Shown here in pieces: positions 53,301 through 63,899 of a stretch of DNA of 64,000 nt. How positions within the stretch are numbered: position 1 is the first letter of the stretch; every line of letters begins with the position of its first letter. Below the pieces are notes generated by a model. The model ran no database searches and was not told where the DNA came from. It was given only the letters and a program-made list of their open reading frames with translations. Made by a program: the position numbers and the translations under genes. The stretch comes from a virus (lineage: Duplodnaviria; Caudoviricetes), in IMG/VR virus record IMGVR_UViG_3300002597_000001, positions 1-64,000 of that record; one strand, given 5' to 3'.

Positions 53301-53410
53301 ACGGTATTAAAGTTTACACCAGAGTTAGCACATGGTCCAGCGAGAGAGCTGACGAATACAAGCTCCGTCGCTGGGAGGAGATCAACGCGACTGCGGAGAA
53401 GATCGAATGA
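50333..53410 (+). CDS. nrdD: Anaerobic ribonucleotide reductase, spliced: join(50333..52187, 53313..53410)
   Basis: YLHD, SYC, SNCCRL, EQIPGES, CPVCG; the spliced end reads TRIVG-FYTRVSTWS...EKIE* (glycyl-radical motif restored). Confidence 0.92.
52188..53312 (+). ncRNA. Group I intron in nrdD
   Basis: P1 GGGU/GCCC, P AATATGCGGGGA, Q AATCCGCAG, R CAACGACTA, S AAGGTATAGTCT, terminal G53312; removal restores the frame. Confidence 0.92.
52459..53295 (+). CDS. Intron-encoded HNH homing endonuclease (AP2-like C-terminus)
   Basis: LHRFI...VDHIDGN.LNNRRENLR. Confidence 0.9.
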   Translation: MTNREDFTGQIFGKRKVIRNYCVEEDWINIGKPIPNDIRKYRLSECLNCGAKVPVLMKNLFERPPKRCCFCSNIRNTSTTIQSSTNTWTLYDDYAAVNVTYKDGVVTGYVSKEDYEDVSNRMWRVSKKKNKYYLLSGSKYKDDVIYLHRFILRDKEILSGHEVDHIDGNSLNNRRENLRVVTRLENIQNVSQRIDNQIGIRGIAPDGRGKYTVDFSHNNKRYYFKPWDTLAEAVCCRGVLEDYFGLEMIRRNPKAQAVDVLPLCQVSEIKQYVLSKIS

Positions 53411-53883
53411 AATTAAAGGGCATTATTTTTGAGGACTTCGTCAACTACAAAAAGCCATGCATGACCCTTGAGTTCCCAAACTGCTCATTCAAATGCGACA
53501 AGGAGGCAGGGGTGCCAGTTTGCCAGAACAGTGAACTGGCCTCCGCGCCAACGCGAGAGTTTGACGTTCACGATATTTGCGAGGCGTATCTCTCCAACGA
53601 TATAACAAGTGCAATCTGTTTACAGGGGCTTGAGCCGCTTGACAGCATTGGAGATGTAATGTCTCTGGTCTGGGCAATGCGCAAGCATTATAACTGCCAT
53701 GATGATATTGTGATTTATACAGGATACAACGAGTATGAAATTAGCTCAGAGCTCCTCCTACTGTCTAAATATGACAATATCATCGTGAAGTTTGGGCGCT
53801 TTATTCCTAACAGACCACATATCTATGACGAAGTTCTCGGCGTTGAGCTTTCGTCAGATAATCAGTATGCGAGGAGGTTATAA
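53407..53883 (+). CDS. nrdG: Anaerobic RNR activase
   Basis: CSFKC...CQN, GLEP, YTGY, S.NQY; overlaps the nrdD stop. Confidence 0.85.
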   Translation: MKLKGIIFEDFVNYKKPCMTLEFPNCSFKCDKEAGVPVCQNSELASAPTREFDVHDICEAYLSNDITSAICLQGLEPLDSIGDVMSLVWAMRKHYNCHDDIVIYTGYNEYEISSELLLLSKYDNIIVKFGRFIPNRPHIYDEVLGVELSSDNQYARRL

Positions 53884-55423
53884 ATGACCATTTGTTCGGG
53901 CAAATATGAGCGCCATCCGTCTTATACGGTAGCCGACATTCTCACCGGAACGCCCCCAATCGATCTCATAATGGTCCGCACTAACGACCATAATGGCGGT
54001 GACATGTTGTTTGGTTACTGCCAGTGGGACGGGGAGAGGTTGATCCCGCTTGACGGAGATGATTACCGCATGGATGAATGCGTTATGAAACATGAGTATC
54101 CTTTTTGCGGACCAGTCGATCTGATTTACTGGATTCACTCTAACTGGACTGTGGAGGAAGAAACATGATTATTATTGAGACGTGCCCAAGGTGTGGTGGA
54201 GATTTACGAGACGAGGTAATTGCAACATACCCTCCGGTCCCGAGAAAGTCCTGCCCAAAATGCGGCTGGTTTTGGGAAGGTGTGAGGGAACGGGTGATGA
54301 GAGTACCATTCAGAGAACCAGGTGTTCCTTATATGGAGGCTCCTACAGCGATATCTAGCCTAAATGTATCAACGCCTCCGTGTGCGACCTGCGGATCAAA
54401 TCCGAAGAATGGCGGCTCTGGGAACTGTCATTGTATTCTTGGGACACCGACTATTACATAAAAGGAGGTCAGATATGGCTATAATTTTGAAAGAAAAGAG
54501 TATGAATGAGTGTCTCTGCCAGAAATGCGGCAGCACGATTGGATATACGGATGACGATATATGTATGGCAAAAGACGACTATGGAAAGACCGGGCAGGGA
54601 CTAGAATGCCCGAAGTGTGGCAGTATTATCTTGGTCAAAGAAATGGCACAGGATGAGTGGCCGGAAGCCTTTTATCACTTCGGAGACGGGGTTCATCTTA
54701 CCGACCAGGAAATTCAGCGATATGTTGACGAATGCATACGCAAGTTGCGTAACGGCGAGACAGATTATACATATGTTGGATCCGGTGACACATTCGTTAT
54801 GGCAAGTTGGGATGGTGGGGATATCGTCGTTCGTGTTTGCCGTGACTATTACGAGGCGTATGTATATGGGACTTGAGTGGAATGTTTGGGTGGGGAACTG
54901 GAATCGCAAGACCGTTGAACCGCATAACATTTTCGATCATGGCGGGTTTTCGGAAGACTGCCGCAAGATATATAACAAATACGGCAAAGGAAGGAACCCC
55001 GACAAGGGGTCGTTCCTCGAAGAAATCCGCCAGAGCTTAATGTATTACTATTGGAGCAAGTCAGAGTGGGAGATCGTATTACAGCATTGGCCTCCGTATT
55101 CAGACGGAGACGGGGAAAAGATCGATGTATATCAGCAAGTTAGGATGAACTGGAATCAGTTCTGCGAATACCTGTGGGACCACCGGTCCAGTCTAAACTA
55201 TTTTTAAGGAGAGATAATGAGACTCTTTGAAATCGAAGCGGACTACCGCCCGAACAATCAGGACAAGCCGCGCTATTATGTGCTGGCAAAATCCAAGAGT
55301 GATGCGAAGCGTAAGTTTAAGAACCGTATAACATGGCTTGACATTTATGGTTGCGAAGAAGTCACGGACGAAGCTCAGGCCACCTATATTTATGATCACC
55401 CAGAGAAATATATCCTGTGCTAG
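53884..55423 (+). CDS. Five hypothetical proteins (53884-54168, 54165-54461, 54475-54876, 54866-55207, 55217-55423)
   Basis: Packed co-oriented ORFs with RBSs, two with Zn ribbons. Confidence 0.65.
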
Positions 55424-55428
55424 GAGGA

Positions 55429-55962
55429 ATGCAAGTGAATCGAGTTGGAAAGTTTAGCAAAGTTTCATACGATCAGTGGGCGGCGGCGATTAGATCGCAG
55501 ACCGACGCCATTACCGAGGATGCAATTCTCGACCTGTATCACCAGATTAAGTTGCCTCAGCGAGCAACGGCAGGAAGCGCCGGTTATGATATATACTCTC
55601 CGATTTGGGTAAGTCTGGAGTGTGGAGAATCTATCAAAATCCCGACCGGCATTCGCTGTGAGATGGACGAAGGTTGGGTGCTGACGATCTATCCAAGAAG
55701 CGGACTTGGAACAAAGCATAGATTTGTGCCGGACAACCTTGTTGGAGTTGTGGATGAGGATTATTTTTATTCCGACAACGAGGGGCATATCTGGTGCATG
55801 ATGACCTATAACGGTCATGAAGATCGCGAGAATAGAACACTGGAGATCAATCGCGGCGACGCTATTGCTCAGGCAATCTTCCTGCCGTATGGAATCACGA
55901 AAGATGATAACGCCACCGGCGTTCGCAACGGCGGGTTCGGAAGTACTGGAGGTGCCCAGTGA
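55429..55962 (+). CDS. dut: dUTPase (trimeric)
   Basis: SAGYD, PRSG, GVVD.DY, AQ, R.GGFGSTG. Confidence 0.93.
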   Translation: MQVNRVGKFSKVSYDQWAAAIRSQTDAITEDAILDLYHQIKLPQRATAGSAGYDIYSPIWVSLECGESIKIPTGIRCEMDEGWVLTIYPRSGLGTKHRFVPDNLVGVVDEDYFYSDNEGHIWCMMTYNGHEDRENRTLEINRGDAIAQAIFLPYGITKDDNATGVRNGGFGSTGGAQ

Positions 55963-56642
55963 CAAGAGTTGAAATACACAAGCAGTTCTGCGATGGGCTT
56001 TCTGATTTGTATGCCGCGAAGAATGCGGACTATGGTGACAGCTATGCCAAACTCCGGGCTAAATATCCTGAGAGCATCTGCATCAGACTTGAGGACAAGC
56101 TATCGCGGCTAGAGCAGTTGATGAAGCCGGGATATGAGGCACAGATAAAAGATGAGAGTATCTGCGACACTCTTCGAGATCTTGCCAACTACAGCCTCAT
56201 GGAACTCACTGAGCGGGAATATGAGAAGCAGAATTGCAATATTGCTCAGGATGATAATCAGGAAACAGATTGGGATGAATTTGTTCCTGTCTGGTCGCTC
56301 GATCAGGATGGTGTCACTGAGAGATACAACATCAGCGGCGGGCTGAATGATATTGAGCTGACTTATGACAAAGACACTGATATGTATGAGTTGTGGGTGG
56401 AGACCCTCTACGACTTCGAGAATAAAAAGTCCATCATCCGCTGGCTGGACAACATGGAAGTTGCGCTGTGGAAATATGTAAATGCGGCGGAGCCTGACGT
56501 TACATATAAAATCACTCTGGAAGACGCCCTCAATATCTCAAACACATTTACGGGGAAGACCATGCATGAGTGTGCTGAAAAGTTTTCGTTCCGCGTGAGC
56601 TGCATTGTAGACTTCTTGGAGGGCAACGATAGTGATTTGTGA
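55959..56642 (+). CDS. DUF1599-like (nucleotide-modification-associated) domain protein with C-terminal extension
   Basis: KNADYGDSY...R..DK..R...ES..DTL.DLANY. Confidence 0.75.
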   Translation: MTRVEIHKQFCDGLSDLYAAKNADYGDSYAKLRAKYPESICIRLEDKLSRLEQLMKPGYEAQIKDESICDTLRDLANYSLMELTEREYEKQNCNIAQDDNQETDWDEFVPVWSLDQDGVTERYNISGGLNDIELTYDKDTDMYELWVETLYDFENKKSIIRWLDNMEVALWKYVNAAEPDVTYKITLEDALNISNTFTGKTMHECAEKFSFRVSCIVDFLEGNDSDL

Positions 56643-58771
56643 TAGATGCGATGGCGGTGTTTATCTTGACGGATTTGCAGTAACTAAATGCAAGGTCTGC
56701 GGTTACAAAATTGTGACCCCGCATACACCGGGTGGGAGGGTTTGCCCCTCCTGCTCGGTAACGCAGGGGCTGTGTGAACAGTGCGGCGAGAAACTAGAGG
56801 AGGTGCCTGATGGCGAAAACAATTTATCTGCCAGACGGTGAGAGCTGGACGGTGTTTGGAGAAATCGATGCGGAGCGCAGCCTACGGCGAATCATCCAAG
56901 AATACTTGGGTGATGATTGCGTCGAACTGTTGGACGATGTGATTGCAGAGGCCTTCGAGCGTGGTGCTTGTTATGAGCCGGAATAAAAGACCAGTTTGGT
57001 GAGGTGAACTATGGCAAAACATAAGAATTGCCCGAACTGTGCGGCTCCATATGACCCGGCTCTGAGCAAGTGTCCATACTGCGGGACGATCTACTTTGAT
57101 ATGTCTGTGATTGACTTCGATCATCATGAGCCATTCTGGCTGAAGATCCGTGTGGATGGGTGCGAGATCACCCAATTCGTTGTGCCAGAGATGGGGGAGA
57201 TGACAATCAGTCATAGTCCTGTTTACTGTGATTGGTCCGGGCAGAGGAAGATGGTGTTTGGTGGTCCCCCAGATGTGACCACGGACATTTCGTTCCATGC
57301 GGTTGCTGCACCAGACACAAATATAATGGCTACAGTAACCAGAATTGGAGGTACATAAATGAGAAATATAATTCCTTTTGATCTGACTCAGAAAACCGAG
57401 GAGCTGCGGCAACTCATTCTCAACAACCCAGATCTGCCCATCGTGGTGCTGGCAGGTGAAGAGGCCAACTGCGGAGGAGATTACTATTGGATGTATTGCT
57501 CCAGCATTAGCTTTCGTATTACAGAAATCCTGGATTGCGAGACCCCATATAGTGACTGCGTATGTTCAGACAGAGATAGCTTCGAGGAGGACTTCGAGGA
57601 GTGGCTCTGGGATGAGATGGCCACAGAACTGAGAGATCGCGGCATCTCTGATGCAGAGCCAAGCGAGGATGAGTTTCAGGCGCGGCTAAAAGAAGAGAAG
57701 GAGAGGTACGGGCCGTATTGGAAGAAGGTGATTGCTATCTATGCAGACAACTAAGTGGATCAATGTTGACGATAGATTGCCAGATCCGCCGGAGGTGAAG
57801 TAATGGCAGTAGCCTTTATCGCTGGGATATTAGTTGGAGGGGGTTTGTGCTCTGTTTTCTGGATTATCCAAAAACAAAAGCAAAGCACGACAGACATGCT
57901 GGAACGCACACATTTTGTTGAGATACAGGAAGCACCTGTGGTTACGCTTATGGCTGAATCGGCTTTTGCTATAGAGGACATGGATCGGTATGGCGAGGAT
58001 ACAGTTAGTAGGTTTGCCCGAGAGAGCGTTATGAGAAAAATAACAGATGATCTGGAGAATTATGTGAGATTTGAAACCTACGAAGACCCGTGTGCGCATA
58101 CTGTAACACTTCGCGGATCGATACGCGTTGCACAACCACAGATATAAAACCCGAATTTGATGGGAGGCAAAATGGACAAAGTTAAAGTTATCACCGTCAC
58201 TAAGCAGGAACGAATGCACATGTTTTATTGTGACGAGTGCGGAGAATTTATACAACACCAGCTCGAATATGATGACGGATGGACTCCTGAGCCTTCTGGT
58301 TTCGAAGCGAAGATATGCATCGGGAAGACGTGGTATGTATACAAGAAAAGGCACCTATGTGAAGAATGCAGAGAGCATGCTTGGATTAATCTTGTAGAAA
58401 AGCTACAAGCAATAGGATTCGAGGTGGAAGATTAGATGGGTTTTGAGAATGCAACCCCGTTGTCTGTTGTGGCTTATGACAGCGAGACGGGAGAACGAGT
58501 GATGGGATTTGATTTGGCGAGTTGTCCAGACATTACTTGCGAGACGCAGACAGTTCCAAGCGATTATATCTCAGGACTAAATGAATTGTCTGGTGGATTC
58601 ACAATGACCATTACATATCCGAAATTTTCTCGCAAGCGATTTATAAAGAAGCTGATGGGAATTGGAGTTCCTAGAAATGCGGCAAATAAATATGCGAGAT
58701 ACTGCGCTGAAACCAGAAGTCCATACGGGCGGCAATGGAACCGGATTTGTTGGATGGGTATATTTGGATAA
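56632..58771 (+). CDS. Hypothetical proteins (56632-56841, 57011-57358, 57359-57754, 57803-58147, 58172-58435, 58436-58771)
   Basis: Co-oriented ORFs with RBSs. Confidence 0.6.
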
Positions 58772-58783
58772 TTAAAGGGGGAA

Positions 58784-60727
58784 ATGCCTACGGATAAGGC
58801 GAAATTGAGAGAGTTGATCTTGAGGGCCAAGGAGAAGCTTGGAGACCAGAATGCTGAGATTATTGCCGAGTCCTACGGCGTCGCTCAGTGGAATCCAAAT
58901 AAACTGAATGGGTTGTGCCCATTCCATAATGAATCACATCCCAGTTTTAGTTATAACAGGAAAGACTATTCCGCTCATTGTTTCAGCTGTGGAGAGTCTA
59001 CGGATGTTATTCGCGCCCTGATGGATGGTCAAAACCTGAGTTTCGTTGACGCGGCTAAAAAGCTATTTGAGATGGCTGAGATGGATGTGCTGTGGGACAA
59101 GGTTCATGTGGATAGGAAATATAGGTACCCACACGAGGAGCAGGAACCAGCAGAGGATGTCATTGATTATTTGGGTTGGCGAAAGATCTCCGAAGATACA
59201 ATACGAAAATGTGGGATTCAGTCCGATGGCAAAGGCAATATCGCGTTTCCTTATCGTGATGAAAATAACCAACTTCTCACCATGAAATACCGTCCTGCAC
59301 GGAAGGTTAATAAGGATAACGGAGAACAAAAAAGCTGGGTGCAGAAAGACACAGACACAACTCCGATCCTATTCAATATGAATAGGTGCAATCCAGATTA
59401 TCCTCTCGTGATCTGCGAAGGGGAAATTGATTGCCTATCCGTGTATGAAGCAGGGTGGAAAAATGTTGTAAGTATCCCCTTTGGGGCGCAATCCATGACG
59501 TTTATAGACCGTTGTTATGATTGGCTGGATATGTACAAAGAGATTATTCTCGCCGGAGACATGGATGAAGCTGGTCAGAAATTCAACAAAGAAGCGACGA
59601 CCAGACTTGGAGCATGGCGTTGTAAGACCATGGAAATCCCAGATAAGTATATGGGTCACATCGCGCAGCTCGACAGAGATATCAAGGATATCAATGAGGT
59701 GCTTTTCTATTTTGGGAAAGATGCCGTCATGGATATGATCCATAATGCTCGTGAGACACCTATTGCGTCAGTTGTAGACATCATGGATGTCAAACCAGTG
59801 GATTTGCAAGAGCTTGATGGAGTTACTACTGGCATCAAACCGTTAGATAAGATGCTTGGCAAACTTTATTATGGGACCGTCACTTTGGTCTCTGGAAAGG
59901 CCGCATCCGGTAAATCTAGTTTAGTCAGCACAATTCTCTGTAATGCTATGGACGCAGGAATAAACTCGTGGATTTATTCTGGAGAATTGAATGAACAAAC
60001 AAACCGTAACTGGATTGATTACATATTTGCTGGCCCGAGAAATGTGAGTCAAAGCAACGCTCCTGACGGCTCTGATTATTATCAGATTAACCCAGGTGTG
60101 TCAAATAAAATAAGCAAAGCCTATAGGGGTCGATGCTTTATCTATAAAGATGGTCAAACATCTGACATTGATTCGCTGCTCAAATCTGCGGAGGATGTGG
60201 TTCGGAGATATGATTGTAAGGTTCTTGTATTAGACAATCTTATGACAATCATGGATTCTAGCGATGAGGAACTGGAATCTCAGAAAAACATCATGGTCAA
60301 AACCGTAGCTTTTGCTACAAAATATAACGTGGCGATTCTATTGGTGTGCCATCTCCGTAAAGTCGCAAAGGGACAACAGATTACGCTCGATGACATTAGC
60401 GGAACTGCGAAATTGGGCAATCTGTGCCACCGAAATATCACGTTGGCAAGGATCACGGATGAAGAAAAAAGCGGCGAAGCTGAATATTCTCATACACCCA
60501 AGGAGTTACTTAAATATGATGTTCAGATTTCGTGTTCAAAAGACCGCATGAGAGGTAAGGTGGGCTCTATAGGGGTCTGGTACGATACTTGGAGCCGGAG
60601 GTTCTATAGCAGCCCAGAAGAATATGATCGAGTATATTCGTGGGATAAGAAGAAATATGATGAACCACTGGATTGGCCACACGCCGACACCAATGATGTG
60701 TTGGGGCCAGAGCAAGGGGGTGCTTGA
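58784..60727 (+). CDS. Primase-helicase (CHC2 Zn finger, TOPRIM, SF4 helicase)
   Basis: CPFH...CFSC, ICEGEID, D.DEAG, GKAASGKS, LDNL, CHLRK. Confidence 0.92.
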   Translation: MPTDKAKLRELILRAKEKLGDQNAEIIAESYGVAQWNPNKLNGLCPFHNESHPSFSYNRKDYSAHCFSCGESTDVIRALMDGQNLSFVDAAKKLFEMAEMDVLWDKVHVDRKYRYPHEEQEPAEDVIDYLGWRKISEDTIRKCGIQSDGKGNIAFPYRDENNQLLTMKYRPARKVNKDNGEQKSWVQKDTDTTPILFNMNRCNPDYPLVICEGEIDCLSVYEAGWKNVVSIPFGAQSMTFIDRCYDWLDMYKEIILAGDMDEAGQKFNKEATTRLGAWRCKTMEIPDKYMGHIAQLDRDIKDINEVLFYFGKDAVMDMIHNARETPIASVVDIMDVKPVDLQELDGVTTGIKPLDKMLGKLYYGTVTLVSGKAASGKSSLVSTILCNAMDAGINSWIYSGELNEQTNRNWIDYIFAGPRNVSQSNAPDGSDYYQINPGVSNKISKAYRGRCFIYKDGQTSDIDSLLKSAEDVVRRYDCKVLVLDNLMTIMDSSDEELESQKNIMVKTVAFATKYNVAILLVCHLRKVAKGQQITLDDISGTAKLGNLCHRNITLARITDEEKSGEAEYSHTPKELLKYDVQISCSKDRMRGKVGSIGVWYDTWSRRFYSSPEEYDRVYSWDKKKYDEPLDWPHADTNDVLGPEQGGA

Positions 60728-63700
60728 TGCCTAATATCGTACAACTTCACAACCATACAGACATCAGTCTTCTCGACTCTGCTACTAAAACTTCCGACTA
60801 CATAGCAAAGTGTCTCGAATATGGACAGACCGCTCTCGCCATCACTAATCATGGATACCTCAAGAACTGGGTCGAGAACAAAATCCTCTGTGACAAAGCT
60901 GGAATCAAGTACATCCACGGTGTGGAAACGTACATCACGAAGACATTGCTTCAGCCTGTGGACGGCGAGATGAAGAAAGTCCGTGACAATATGCACTGTA
61001 TTCTTCTTGCCAAGAACTATGACGGAGTATTGGAACTCAATCAGCTTATCAGCACAGCTTGCGATGATGATCACTTTTATTTCGCGCCGAGAATCAGCGG
61101 GCAGGAATTCATCAATCTCTCTGATAACATAATCGCTTTGTCAGCCTGTCTGGCTGGCCCTCTCAACAAGCTGGACCCAGATGACGAAATGTTCCTGCCT
61201 ATCCTAAAGCGCATGGACTATTTGGAGATCCAGCCTCACAACTGCCAGTCTCAGGCAGATTACAATATATGGCTTGCGAGTCTCGCTCAGAAGTATCACA
61301 AGCCCCTAGTTGCCACAACAGATTCCCACAGCTCTGATTACTATAAGAATGAGTGCCGGGACATTCTGATGCTATATAAAGGTCAGCACTATGAGTCCGA
61401 AGACGAGTTGGATCTCGTATTCAAAAGCTATGACCAGATGGTAGAAGCCTTCCGTGTGCAAGATGCACTCCCAGAGAAACTGTGGATGGAGGCTATTGAG
61501 AACACCAATGATATTGCGGATTCAGTGGAGGACTTCGGACTGGACTTCTCTATGAAATACCCCATCTTATACGGGAGTCCGGAAGCAGATGAGGAGGCGT
61601 ATCGCAAAAACGTCTGGTCCGGCCTTGATGATAAGCTGAGAAAGGGCATCATCCCCAAAGAAGAGGAAGCCCAGTATAGAGAGGACGCCGCTTACGAACT
61701 GGAGGTGTTCTCAAAAATAGGAATGGCAGGCTTCATGCAGGCCGAATCTGAAATCATCTCCTGGTGTAAGGAACAGGGAATGCCCATTGGTCCGTCCCGT
61801 GGATCTGTGGCCGGAAGCCGCTGTGCCTATCTGACAGACATCATCGATCTGGACCCCGTAAGGTGGAACACAAACTTCGCTCGTTTTGCGAATTCCGACC
61901 GTATCGTGGCTGGTGATATCGATGTGGATTGTCGTGAAAAAGACCGCCCTAAAATCTTTCAACACATCATTGAAAAATTCGGGCGCGACAAAGTGGCGCG
62001 AGTCAGTTCATTTGGGACCCTTCAAGACAAGGGGACAATTAAGTTGATTGTCGGAGCGTTGGGAAAGCGTTGGAAAATAGAACACGAGGCTGAAGATGAG
62101 GGCAAATATACGCTCAAGTATGCAGAGTCTATAATAAAAGAATACGAGGCAGACCCTGATAGTTGCCGCACAGCGCACCCGGATATATTCTATTACTTCG
62201 ACGGTTTAGTCGGTACATATATATCACAGTCATTCCACCCGGCAGGCGTTATCATCTCACCAATCACGTTACCAGATCACTATGGGACATTCATCAAAGA
62301 TGGAGAAGTGGTTCTGAATCTGGATATGCTCTGGAGCCACGAGATCGAATTGGTGAAATTCGACATGCTTGTGCTCCGAAACATCGATATCATCTTCGAT
62401 ACTTGTAAATTGGCGGGGATCCCATACCCAAAGAGCCATGAGGTCAACTGGGATGACGAAAAGGTCTGGGAGAACATGATTCAAAGCCCGGTTGGGGTAT
62501 TCCAGATGGAGGGAGATTACGCATTCCAGTGCCTGAAGAAGTATAAGCCACACTCCATCTATGATATGTCCCTTGTAACCGCGAGTATCAGACCGTCAGG
62601 TGCGTCATACAGGGATCAGGTCATGGAGCACAAGATGAACAAGAACCCAACGCCGCTTATTGATGAGATTTTTAAGGACAGCCTTGGATACTGCGTCTAT
62701 CAGGAGCAGGTTATTGCGTTCCTTCAACAGGCTTGTGGGTTCCCAGGTTCCAAAGCCGACACAGTGCGTCGTGCAATTGCAGATAAAGATCCTGCTAAAT
62801 TGGAGTCCATGATGCAGGATGTGATTGATGGATACTGTGAGCTGTCGGACAAACCTAGAGCAGAAGCTGAGGAAGAGGTCAAGGATTTCGTACAAGTCCT
62901 GCGTGATGCATCTGGATACTCATTTGGTTATAACCATAGCGTCGGCTATAGCATGATTGGCTATTTGTGTACGATGCTTCGGACATATTATCCATATGAA
63001 TTCATCGTGGCATTGCTCAATAATGCAGCCAATGAATCAGATGTGGCAAATGCCAAATCGCTTGCCTCTCAGCTCCATATCAAAATCCTTCCACCGAAGT
63101 ACGGCGTCTCCTCAGACACATATGTGTTCAACAAGGACACCAAAGAAATTGCAAAAGGGGCCGCAGACATCAAATATGTCGGCAAAAAGGTTGCGCTTGC
63201 CTTATATAAGATGGCCCACGATGGAAAGCAACGGGCATTCGTGGATGTGATTCTGGATTCCACAAATGGCATCCGCGATATGAACAAACGTCGCATGGAC
63301 GCTCTTATTTCAGTCGGCTATTTCTCAGACTTTGGTAATATTTCCGAGCTATCAAGAATCTACAGCATGGTGGAGGAATTCAAATTTGGCGAGACCAAGT
63401 CCTACAAATGCGACAAAGTTGGCGAACGCCTAAAGTTCATCGAAAAGTACGCCAGCAACCTAAAAAAGGACGGCACCCCCGGAAGCTCATACAAGTTTGA
63501 GTCCAAAGATGCCGTCATAGCATTCCTGCGAGAGGCTGAGCAAGTGATTCTTTCGCTCGGAATCCCTGATGTTTCCTTCAAAGTGAAGGCCGAGAATCAG
63601 CAGGAGTATCTCGGATATATAGATCTGGTCACTGGCCGCGAGGAAGACCGCCGTAAACTCTACATCATGGACTACTATGAGATTATGAACAAGTGGGGCG

Positions 63701-63894
63701 GCAAGGGCGTGTGGAAGGTGCGCATTAAAACCAGATCGATTGGCTCCGGCAAGGAAGCCTCACTAAGTTTGTCTCCAGTATTGGTCCAGAGAAATCCTAT
63801 AGAGAAGGGGAGTGTCATTGAGGTCAAAGAAGAATGGCTCTCGCTCGACAAGGGTCAGTACTGGGTTCTATATAAATACAAAGTTATAGAGTAG
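60724..63894 (+). CDS. dnaE: DNA polymerase III alpha subunit
   Basis: PHP HNHT..S.LD, RGSVAGS, GDIDVD, HPAGV, KFD.L.L, GVFQ.E, YQEQ, Y.F...HS. Confidence 0.95.
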   Translation: MMPNIVQLHNHTDISLLDSATKTSDYIAKCLEYGQTALAITNHGYLKNWVENKILCDKAGIKYIHGVETYITKTLLQPVDGEMKKVRDNMHCILLAKNYDGVLELNQLISTACDDDHFYFAPRISGQEFINLSDNIIALSACLAGPLNKLDPDDEMFLPILKRMDYLEIQPHNCQSQADYNIWLASLAQKYHKPLVATTDSHSSDYYKNECRDILMLYKGQHYESEDELDLVFKSYDQMVEAFRVQDALPEKLWMEAIENTNDIADSVEDFGLDFSMKYPILYGSPEADEEAYRKNVWSGLDDKLRKGIIPKEEEAQYREDAAYELEVFSKIGMAGFMQAESEIISWCKEQGMPIGPSRGSVAGSRCAYLTDIIDLDPVRWNTNFARFANSDRIVAGDIDVDCREKDRPKIFQHIIEKFGRDKVARVSSFGTLQDKGTIKLIVGALGKRWKIEHEAEDEGKYTLKYAESIIKEYEADPDSCRTAHPDIFYYFDGLVGTYISQSFHPAGVIISPITLPDHYGTFIKDGEVVLNLDMLWSHEIELVKFDMLVLRNIDIIFDTCKLAGIPYPKSHEVNWDDEKVWENMIQSPVGVFQMEGDYAFQCLKKYKPHSIYDMSLVTASIRPSGASYRDQVMEHKMNKNPTPLIDEIFKDSLGYCVYQEQVIAFLQQACGFPGSKADTVRRAIADKDPAKLESMMQDVIDGYCELSDKPRAEAEEEVKDFVQVLRDASGYSFGYNHSVGYSMIGYLCTMLRTYYPYEFIVALLNNAANESDVANAKSLASQLHIKILPPKYGVSSDTYVFNKDTKEIAKGAADIKYVGKKVALALYKMAHDGKQRAFVDVILDSTNGIRDMNKRRMDALISVGYFSDFGNISELSRIYSMVEEFKFGETKSYKCDKVGERLKFIEKYASNLKKDGTPGSSYKFESKDAVIAFLREAEQVILSLGIPDVSFKVKAENQQEYLGYIDLVTGREEDRRKLYIMDYYEIMNKWGGKGVWKVRIKTRSIGSGKEASLSLSPVLVQRNPIEKGSVIEVKEEWLSLDKGQYWVLYKYKVIE

Positions 63895-63899
63895 GAGGA

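Larger units (their letters stand above)
20522..58160 (+). repeat. Dispersed 16-bp intergenic site NNAAA-N6-TTTG(A/G), about 26 copies
   Basis: Copies start at 20522, 22291, 22604, 23104, 23596, 23833, 24060, 24277, 25317, 27945, 28498, 28968, 29401, 35017, 37908, 38224, 40105, 41493, 42113, 42265, 42483, 45337, 49670, 50087, 56984 and 58145. Confidence 0.8.

Noticed and set aside
20522-58160. CRISPR array or classical attC integron as the explanation for the junction repeats
   Set aside because: The repeats are 16 bp, degenerate and separated by whole genes. There are no GTTRRRY/RYYYAAC boxes or long attC hairpins, and no cas operon.
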